Shown here: piece after piece, positions 56,777 through 64,000 of the stretch | Numbering within the stretch: the stretch's first letter is position 1 | Layout of the letters: each line of letters begins with the position of its first letter | NCBI GenBank assembly: GCA_025362975.1 | Contig: JANYES010000019.1 | Location: 114,168-178,167 of the forward strand | Origin: Alphaproteobacteria bacterium | GTDB lineage: Bacteria > Pseudomonadota > Alphaproteobacteria > Rickettsiales > SXRF01 | Length of the DNA: 64,000 bases | Reading direction: 5' to 3' | Notes under the pieces: model-generated | The model's database searches: none | What the model was told of the DNA's origin: nothing | What the model saw: only the letters and a program-made list of their open reading frames with translations | Made by a program: the position numbers and the translations under genes

Positions 56777-57448
56777 ATGAAAACCGCTTTCGCCTCCGTT
56801 GCCTCGTACTCACAGAGTAAGCCCGTCTTGCAGATGGGCCCCATCCTGTCGGCCCGCCCCGAGCGCGATCCGTACCCGTATTTGCTGGTCTCCGGCGCAC
56901 TCTCGCCTGAGATCGCCCCAGCGCTTGGTGCCGACTTTCCCGTGATCAAAAAAAACGGCTATCTGCCGCTGAGCCTGCTTGAGCGCAAAGGCATGTTCGA
57001 TGCCCTGCTTCGCGATCTCGAAGGGCCGGAAATCGCCGCCATGCTAAGTGATAAGCTAGGCCTTGAATTGCGTGACAAACCCCGCATGATCACCGTGCGC
57101 AAATGGTCTGCCGGTAATGACGGGCGCATCCACAACGACGGCGCGGCTAAAATCTGCACCTCATTGATTTACCTAAATGAAACATGGCCGGAAGGCGACG
57201 CTGGGCGTCTGCGCGTACTGCGCGACGAAAACAGCTTCGACTCCACCGTCGCCGAGGTTCCGCCCGTATTCGGCACCTTCTTCGCCTTCAAACGCACCGA
57301 GAATTCATGGCATGGCCATAAACCATTCACCGGCGAACGCCGCGTGATCCAGACGACATGGCTGCGTAGCTGGGACGATTTCGAGCGCAAAGAGAAGCGC
57401 GGCCGCTTCGCCTTCATGCTTAAAAAACTGCTCTCTTCGTCGTATTAA
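56777..57448 (+). CDS. 2OG-Fe(II) oxygenase family protein
   Basis: IHND, LIYLN..W....GRL, SWHGH and R..IQ motifs. Confidence 0.85.
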   Translation: MKTAFASVASYSQSKPVLQMGPILSARPERDPYPYLLVSGALSPEIAPALGADFPVIKKNGYLPLSLLERKGMFDALLRDLEGPEIAAMLSDKLGLELRDKPRMITVRKWSAGNDGRIHNDGAAKICTSLIYLNETWPEGDAGRLRVLRDENSFDSTVAEVPPVFGTFFAFKRTENSWHGHKPFTGERRVIQTTWLRSWDDFERKEKRGRFAFMLKKLLSSSY

Positions 57449-57668
57449 CATTTACGACCTTTTTATAAGCCGAATTTTTGATTTAATATCAAAATGTTAA
57501 GTCGCGGTGACTGCGGCCTTTTTTTTGTGACAGATCTGTTAAACTTGCAATAGTTAACAAATAAGGAATTTCACGGCAAAAACCAATGTGATATGGTGGG
57601 TTTGACAGGATGTTTGGTCAGTCGCTGTCACCAAAAATAAAAAAGTAAAACGGCCAAGAGCAGGATTT

Positions 57669-60134
57669 ATGGTTTCAAACCTTGGAAATAGTCCGGGTAT
57701 CATAAACGGACCGCTGTACAAAGCGGCCCGCTTGACGACGGAATATGTGAACGTGCCGCCGAGCTTCCACCGCTTGCGAAACGCCGTAGGTCTCACGCTG
57801 GGTCTGTATCTGGGCCGCAAAGTCATGGACATCGCCGTCGGCCAGAAACCAGACGGCACCGTTGTTGACCCGCTGGATGTACCGGCACCGCTTCGCCCGC
57901 TCCTTGGCATCATCCCGTACGATCATTTCTCCGACGACCCGAAAGAGCGCTGGATGAAAGTGTTCGATCGCCTCGTGCCTGCCGTGGTCGGCGGCATCGG
58001 CGCATGCGCGGGCAGCAAATCGTTCTTCAACAAAAATTTCATGGAACCAGTGCAGGCCAAAATGGCCGCGCCCGCCAAGCAGTTCTTCATGACTGACGCC
58101 GAGCGCCAGTCGCTTTACCACCAGTCCGCGCCGTGGAGTCTGATGACCGGCACGTCGGCGCTGTTCGGCTCGGCTTCCGGCTTTGGCCTCTTCCCGTCGA
58201 TCAACCATTACGGCGCCGATCTCGGCACGTTGTTCGTGATGCGTTCCGAACGCGCTGCCGCACCGCTGGGTGCGCTAGTCAATAGCCACGCGCATTTCCC
58301 GTTCCGCCCGACGAAGATGATCACCAACATGATCGAATACGTCGCAGGCAACCCCACTGCCAACCCTGCCGCGCTCAATGAATACGCCAACGGCATCCTG
58401 AAGACTTGGTTCCGCAAAGCCACGCCCGAACAGGTCGAAGGTTTCGCCAATATCATCAAAACCCAGCGCGAGCAGTTCCTGAAAGAAGGCCGCCTGCCTG
58501 AAGCCGCCAACGCCAAGGTCAAGGAAGCCATCAAAGGCCTCGTGAGTGACGCGGGCCTTGAAAAAACCTTCATCAAGCTCGGCCTCGACCCGCGCGAAGC
58601 CTCCTTCGGCGATCAGGGTTTCATCACCATGATTTCCCATACGATGGGCGATCTGCTCGGCCAGAACACCAGCGCTAAAACCGAAAAAACATGGAAGCTC
58701 GTCAAGGAAGGCATGGAGCTGCGCAATCCTGAGCTGCTCAAGAAAGGCTTCGACGAAAGCGCGCATAAATTCGTTGCCTCCAACACGCAAAAAGCCGCCG
58801 CTTACGGCGCAATGGGCTTAGGCGCCGCCGGCTTCGGCGCCATCGCGATGGCCCGCGACGCCAATGTCGGCGATCTGAATTCCGACCCCAAGCCCGGCTC
58901 GCTGCTCGAAAAAGAACTCAAATGCACCGACCCCGCGTCCGAACTCTGCGCCATCGCCGCCCGCAAGGATGCCAGCCCGACCGTGGACGACCCGGCTTTC
59001 GGCTCGCGCATCACCCCGGAAGCAATAGCAGCCGCCCACGGTCATGTTCTGCACTCGAAAAAGCAATACGGCATGCTTAACGGCAAAGGCTTAGACGCCG
59101 CCGAAGGCCTGACCGACATGTTCAACGTCATCAACGGCGTAAACTCGCACCGCCTGTACTGTGCAGTGGGCCTGTCGGCTGGCAGCTGGCTCGGTGAAGA
59201 AGTCATGAAAGCGCTGACCGGCGTCACCTTCCTCGGCGCTCAGGTAAAAAAAGAAGACGTGCTAAAACCGCTGCAAAAAATATTTAAGCAGCTCGCCTTC
59301 AACCCGCATAGCGATCTACCTAAGGACAAATGGATGCAGATCATGCGCTGGGGCGTTCCCACTGCCATCGGCGGTGCTGCCGTGGTCGCAGCCTCAGGCC
59401 TGTTCTTCGCCGACCGTGAAAAAGATGCGCGCAACCCGAAATTCCTCGACGAAGTTGAAGAAGCAGCGACGATGGCGCAGGCTAAACCGTGGGGGTATCT
59501 CTCCGCCGTCACGGCGCTGTTCGGTGGCTCGTCCGGCTTCGCATGGATCCCCGGCATCAACTACATGACCAATCTCGGCACCCGTTACACGATGGGTTCG
59601 GGCCGCAAAGTCTCCTTACCGGTGCTCGGCAAGGGTTGGTCGAACAACTCCACGCTCTTCCCCTTCGGCCCTCCGGGCATGCTCGACTTGATCATCCGCG
59701 AATCGGTGAACAACAAAAGCGCCAACCCTGAGCTTCTCGAAACCTACGCCATCGGCGTACTCAAGCCGTGGTTCGATAACGTCACCCCCGAACAGGTCGA
59801 AGCCTTCGTGCTGAAAGTCCACGAAGTGCGCGACCAGTTCTTTAAAGACGGCGGCGTACCCGAAGATTTGAAAAAGGGCCTCGAAGAAGAACTCAAACAA
59901 CATCTCCACGGCGCCGGCCTCGAACAGACGCTACAGGAAATTGGCCTTGATCCATTGACCGCGCATATCGGCGCCAACGGTTTTTCGGGCAAAATCTCCG
60001 ACACGCTGGGTTCGAAAAAATCTATCGATAAACTCAAGGAAAACTACACGAAAACCTATCTGGAACGCCTGCACGAGCAGCGCAGCACCGCCAAAGCCAC
60101 CGACCTGCACTCCCTCACCCCCGGCGGCGATTAA
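57669..60134 (+). CDS. Hypothetical protein (821 aa) built from two tandem homologous ~330-aa membrane-associated domains
   Basis: Duplicated HRL..AVGL, SD.PK..WM, ALFG..SGF, FPF.P, YA.G(I/V)LK.WF...TPEQVE.F and GLE.T...GLDP motifs. Confidence 0.85.
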   Translation: MVSNLGNSPGIINGPLYKAARLTTEYVNVPPSFHRLRNAVGLTLGLYLGRKVMDIAVGQKPDGTVVDPLDVPAPLRPLLGIIPYDHFSDDPKERWMKVFDRLVPAVVGGIGACAGSKSFFNKNFMEPVQAKMAAPAKQFFMTDAERQSLYHQSAPWSLMTGTSALFGSASGFGLFPSINHYGADLGTLFVMRSERAAAPLGALVNSHAHFPFRPTKMITNMIEYVAGNPTANPAALNEYANGILKTWFRKATPEQVEGFANIIKTQREQFLKEGRLPEAANAKVKEAIKGLVSDAGLEKTFIKLGLDPREASFGDQGFITMISHTMGDLLGQNTSAKTEKTWKLVKEGMELRNPELLKKGFDESAHKFVASNTQKAAAYGAMGLGAAGFGAIAMARDANVGDLNSDPKPGSLLEKELKCTDPASELCAIAARKDASPTVDDPAFGSRITPEAIAAAHGHVLHSKKQYGMLNGKGLDAAEGLTDMFNVINGVNSHRLYCAVGLSAGSWLGEEVMKALTGVTFLGAQVKKEDVLKPLQKIFKQLAFNPHSDLPKDKWMQIMRWGVPTAIGGAAVVAASGLFFADREKDARNPKFLDEVEEAATMAQAKPWGYLSAVTALFGGSSGFAWIPGINYMTNLGTRYTMGSGRKVSLPVLGKGWSNNSTLFPFGPPGMLDLIIRESVNNKSANPELLETYAIGVLKPWFDNVTPEQVEAFVLKVHEVRDQFFKDGGVPEDLKKGLEEELKQHLHGAGLEQTLQEIGLDPLTAHIGANGFSGKISDTLGSKKSIDKLKENYTKTYLERLHEQRSTAKATDLHSLTPGGD

Positions 60135-60190
60135 CTTTCAAGCAATTTTTTTGCCCTATTTGATTAGTATTCATAGTCTTTATACGTTCC

Positions 60191-60207
60191 GTTAAGGACC
60201 TGTTAAG
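60191..60207. promoter_or_regulatory. CtrA box upstream of prepilin gene
   Basis: TTAA-GGACCTG-TTAA; reads TTAA-N7-TTAAC on the minus strand. Confidence 0.6.
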
Positions 60208-60254
60208 TTCTGCATTGTATCGTCAAATGTAGAGCAAACTATAATGTTATAATT

Positions 60255-61100
60255 ATGAACGTTACGCCTATTAAACCGCAGGAAGGCTTCACCCTTCTCG
60301 AATTATCCATTGTACTGGTCATCATCGGCCTGATTGTCGGCGGTATTCTCGTGGGTCAGGACATGATTAAATCCGCCGAAATCCGCGCCACCATCAGCCA
60401 GATTGAAAAATACAATTCCGCGGTCAATACCTTCCGCAGCAAATTTAACGGCCTGCCTGGCGATTTGCCGCAGAGCAGCGCCAGCAATTTCGGCCTCTTC
60501 GCGCTTTCCAACGCCACGGCGCTCGGACAAGGCGACGGTAACGGCCTGCTCGAAGGCGACGCCAGCAACAGCGTGCTTCCCGAAGGCGAAACCCTCACCT
60601 TCTGGCGCCATCTGTCGGACGCCAACCTTGTCGACGGTTCATTCGGCTCCGTCGGCAATGCGCTTATCGTCACCAGCACAGGTGTAGCCACCGGCACCGT
60701 CACCAACATTTCGACTTCCGTCCCGGCCACGAGGATCAACCTGACCAACTACATAATCGTCTATGCCGATAACGGCCTGAACTATTACCAGCTCATGCCG
60801 ATCGCCAGCATCACCGCCACCCCCACCTATACCTACGGCACCACCGGCATCACGCCGCTACAAGCTTATAACATCGATACCAAGCTCGATGACGGCGCGC
60901 CCAATACGGGCATTATTATCGCGCGAGACACCGGCTCGACTAACGGCGTCAACGGCATCCCGACATGGGCATCAAGTACCACCGCCAATAAATGCATGAC
61001 CAGCGGTAGCAACGCCACCGACCCCAACGATTTATATAACGTGAATATCCTCACCGGCGGCAATGACCCGTCCTGCTCCATTCGGTTCCGCTTCAACTAG
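60255..61100 (+). CDS. Prepilin-type N-terminal cleavage/methylation domain protein, paralog of 25791-26645
   Basis: G|FTLLELSIVLVIIGLIVGG; shared FWRHLSDANLVDG and SCS.RFRFN. Confidence 0.9.
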   Translation: MNVTPIKPQEGFTLLELSIVLVIIGLIVGGILVGQDMIKSAEIRATISQIEKYNSAVNTFRSKFNGLPGDLPQSSASNFGLFALSNATALGQGDGNGLLEGDASNSVLPEGETLTFWRHLSDANLVDGSFGSVGNALIVTSTGVATGTVTNISTSVPATRINLTNYIIVYADNGLNYYQLMPIASITATPTYTYGTTGITPLQAYNIDTKLDDGAPNTGIIIARDTGSTNGVNGIPTWASSTTANKCMTSGSNATDPNDLYNVNILTGGNDPSCSIRFRFN

Positions 61101-61903
61101 TCGGTCGCAATCCAGCTAATCGCATCGCCTGAATCCCAGTGCACTTTTCCCTGGCCCCGCACGCCGCGCGGATGCATCGCGCGCATTTCAAGCTGGATGA
61201 ATTCCGGCTGGTCGCCGATGGCCAGCGGCGCATGGGCGCTACCCCCGGCACAAATCACAATATTGCGGTCCGGCTGCAACATATCGTCGTACAACGTCAC
61301 CTCCCCGCCCATCGCCTCCTGCATGCTCGCCCCCACATGGTCGGCAAGCAAATCGAGGTCATGCGCGATAATGGCATTGGCCACCAGCACGCGGCAGCCG
61401 TCAAGCAGCGAATGCACCTGCCGGAAAAATTCCACGCTGCGCAGATGCTCGGGAATCTCGCCGCAATCGAACACGTCGAGCGCCACCGCGTCGAACGTTC
61501 CATGCGAAGTTTCGAGGAATTCGCGCGCGTCCGCCTCAACGCAGCGCACCGTATCCGGCAGACAGAAATAGCGCTTGGCCAGATCGAACGCGAACGGGTT
61601 GACATCCACCACCGTCACCTCGCATCCCGAAGTAGCCAGCATGGTCGCAAGCGTCCCGCCAGCGCAACCCAACACCGCCACTTTCTTCGCTCCCGCCTGC
61701 ACGATCAGCGTATGCATGGCGTGAATATATGCAATCAGGCTTTGGCCTTTCGCGTCGGCGCGGCTATGGAAACAAGCGTCTTGATAAAAAGTGCGCGAAC
61801 CGTCTTTTTTCGATTCGTAGATTTTGATGCGGCCAAACGGCGTTTCCATATCCTCAAGGATGATGATGCCGTTTTGCGGTGGCGGATCGTGCGGATGGGT
61901 CAT
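61097..61903 (-). CDS. Spermidine synthase-like class I SAM-dependent transferase
   Basis: VLGCAGGTL, VVDVNP, ADAREFL, FDAVALDVF. Confidence 0.75.
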   Translation of the reverse strand: MTHPHDPPPQNGIIILEDMETPFGRIKIYESKKDGSRTFYQDACFHSRADAKGQSLIAYIHAMHTLIVQAGAKKVAVLGCAGGTLATMLATSGCEVTVVDVNPFAFDLAKRYFCLPDTVRCVEADAREFLETSHGTFDAVALDVFDCGEIPEHLRSVEFFRQVHSLLDGCRVLVANAIIAHDLDLLADHVGASMQEAMGGEVTLYDDMLQPDRNIVICAGGSAHAPLAIGDQPEFIQLEMRAMHPRGVRGQGKVHWDSGDAISWIATD

Positions 61904-61957
61904 AGGCGCATAATAGGCCTATTTCCCACCCATGCACAGAAGTTTTACGTCACGGGC

Positions 61958-62761
61958 TTAGGAGAGCCCGGCAGCCGCCAGGTCGGCAGCAACACTCGAC
62001 ACGTCCGGCGTGCCGCTGGCGGTCAAGTATTTATCTGCGATGCTTTCCAGCGATTTATCTTGTGCGGCGCTGAAATGATGTGAGGCTTCGACTTGTTTGA
62101 GGAATTGCGGCAGCGGACCGGCGCTGTTCATCATATCGACGATGGCCTGATCCGTGGGCGTGCTGCCATTAGCTGACGCACCGCCAAGGACCGTGCTCAG
62201 CGTGCTGTCCGTATTGGTGGTGCCGATCAAGGCTGGGGTTGCGGTCGAGTTGCTGCCAATCTGTTCGAGCGACTGTTCGGCGTTGTCCATCATTTCGGTG
62301 ATGAACTGGAACAGCGCATCAATACCGCCGACGCCAGCTGAGGCGCCGCCAGCAGACGAAGCCGCGCTTTGCGACGCATTCGTGGAAGCGGTCGGGTCGG
62401 TCGAATCGCTGGAATCTGTGGAATCGCTATCGATATCAAAGCTGAATTCCGAGAAATGGATATGCCCATGCTTGCTGCCGGTAGAACCCGTCGAGCCTGT
62501 AGAACCGCTGACAGACGTGGCGCCCGTGTTAGAGTAAGATGAAAACGATTCGTCGACTTCGCAATATTGCCCGCTCGCCTGAGAGTTCGTGGCAGCCGAT
62601 GACGCGCCGCTCAGCGACAGCAGGAAATCCTGCGCCGAGCTATTGTTGGACATGTCCTGCGTGGACGATGCTCTCGAGGCCGCGGACGATGAAGATATTG
62701 AAGATGTCGTATTGGCTGAATAAGCGCTGATACTCGCATAAAACCCTGCAATACCATTCAT
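61958..62761 (-). CDS. Ser/Thr-rich low-complexity hypothetical protein
   Basis: GGAGG RBS; 267-aa ORF. Confidence 0.75.
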   Translation of the reverse strand: MNGIAGFYASISAYSANTTSSISSSSAASRASSTQDMSNNSSAQDFLLSLSGASSAATNSQASGQYCEVDESFSSYSNTGATSVSGSTGSTGSTGSKHGHIHFSEFSFDIDSDSTDSSDSTDPTASTNASQSAASSAGGASAGVGGIDALFQFITEMMDNAEQSLEQIGSNSTATPALIGTTNTDSTLSTVLGGASANGSTPTDQAIVDMMNSAGPLPQFLKQVEASHHFSAAQDKSLESIADKYLTASGTPDVSSVAADLAAAGLS

Positions 62762-62797
62762 AAAAACCTCCCATGTTGATTGTAATGGGGTAATATA

Positions 62798-62813
62798 TGC
62801 AACAAATGTGCCG
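62798..62813 (-). promoter_or_regulatory. Sigma54 (-24/-12) promoter
   Basis: Minus strand CGGCACATTTGTTGCA, GG-N10-GC, 36 bp upstream of ATG 62761. Confidence 0.6.
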
Positions 62814-63040
62814 AGCCCTCAGCCATGCTGGATTGTTCCGCCTGCGAATCGCTCCAGCCCTGGCTTACAGCCGTTTAGCCGGGCCCGTCACCGCCAATCA
62901 AAAACCGTCTTTCAATGGCTTAGCCGAACCATTTTGCCGAGTAATATTTGCCGTTAAGGTCATAAGTCATTGATTAGCATGCCAACCGGCCTAATTCCCT
63001 GCTGTACGCCTCTTTATATAATGCTAAGATGCAAACCCTT

Positions 63041-64000
63041 ATGGAAAAACCCCACGATATCGCCATCATCGGAGCTGGCCCCGCTGGCCTCATCGCCGCC
63101 GAACACTTAGCCACCGCCGGCCACCGCGTGCGCGTATACGATCGCATGGCAAGCCCCGGCCGCAAGCTGCTCATCGCCGGGCGCGGCGGCCTTAACCTCA
63201 CCCATAGCGAACCGTTGGAAATGTTCCTGACACGTTACGGCACCGCCAGCGACTGGTTGGCACCCTCCATCTACCATTATCCGCCGCAAGCGCTTCGCGA
63301 CTGGGGCGAAAGCCTCGGTCAGGCAACCTTCGTCGGCAGTTCCGGCCGGGTCTTTCCCAAAAGCATGAAAGCCGTCCAGCTCCTGCGCGCATGGCTCAAA
63401 CGCCTCGAACAGCTCGGCGTCACCTACGCGCCCCGACACAAATGGCAAGGCTGGCACAACGGCAAACTGCGCTTCGTTACGCAAGCTGGCGACATCTACG
63501 CACACGCCGACGCAACCCTGCTCGCCCTTGGCGGCGCCTCATGGCCACGCCTCGGCTCGGACGGCAGTTGGACCGATCTCCTGACACAAGAAGGCATCGC
63601 CATACGAAAACTCCGCCCCAGCAATTGCGGTTTCATCACGCCGTGGTCGGACTATTTTTCCACACGCTTCGCCGGGCACCCGCTCAAACCCGTCGCCCTC
63701 ACCCATGAAGGCATCACCCGTCAGGGCGAACTGATGATCACCGCGCGCGGCGTCGAAGGCGGCGCCATCTACGCATTGTCGTCAGCCATCCGCGAGACAC
63801 TCGAAAACCACGGCAAAGCCACCTTGCAGCTCGACATGCGCCCAAGTATGACGACTGATAGCCTCACCCGCAAACTCGACGCCCCACGTGGCAACAAATC
63901 GCTCAGCAACCACCTCCAGCGGGCGGTAATCTCCCCCCTCATCATCGCCCTGTTGCGCGAAGCCTTCCCCGATATCGCCACCGCCACCCCAGCCGCCCTC
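63041..64000 (+). CDS. TIGR03862/HI0933-like flavoprotein (NAD(P)/FAD-dependent oxidoreductase), 3'-truncated
   Basis: Manual translation: IIGAGPAGL, GRKLLIAGRGGLNLTHSE, FVGSSGRVFP, LALGGASWPRLGSDG; runs off the window so it is missing from the ORF track. Confidence 0.9.
   Translation, partial: MEKPHDIAIIGAGPAGLIAAEHLATAGHRVRVYDRMASPGRKLLIAGRGGLNLTHSEPLEMFLTRYGTASDWLAPSIYHYPPQALRDWGESLGQATFVGSSGRVFPKSMKAVQLLRAWLKRLEQLGVTYAPRHKWQGWHNGKLRFVTQAGDIYAHADATLLALGGASWPRLGSDGSWTDLLTQEGIAIRKLRPSNCGFITPWSDYFSTRFAGHPLKPVALTHEGITRQGELMITARGVEGGAIYALSSAIRETLENHGKATLQLDMRPSMTTDSLTRKLDAPRGNKSLSNHLQRAVISPLIIALLREAFPDIATATPAAL

Overview
GC-rich alphaproteobacterial chromosome segment, most plausibly from a deep-branching, metabolically richer Rickettsiales-like organism (inference from a DUF2748-like gene, orphan prepilins, CtrA boxes, and sulfate ABC and Ast genes). 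Housekeeping blocks are lgt-midA-pgeF-ilvE, cysTWA-pgsA, recJ, astB/astE-like/aldehyde dehydrogenase, and mreC-mreD-mrdA. These are interleaved with many orphan genes. Main points: (1) right after tRNA-Gly, a two-gene exosortase system whose apparent target is a six-cysteine miniprotein with a non-canonical TPEMSDY-TM-RRR sorting tail; (2) a ZorA/ZorB-like motor pair without the known Zorya effector genes; (3) a divergent pair of 686-aa and 3276-aa proteins sharing an N-terminal glycine-zipper module, the giant also carrying three internal repeats and a candidate pore-forming segment; (4) a complete 2002-bp IS1595-family element with 25-bp TIRs, an 8-bp TSD and passenger genes; (5) a stand-alone MmeI C-terminal domain gene with a sigma54-type promoter; (6) several decayed effector-like genes, one Fido-like, plus small duplications and unannotated small ORFs. 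All family assignments come from motif recognition by eye; no searches were run.
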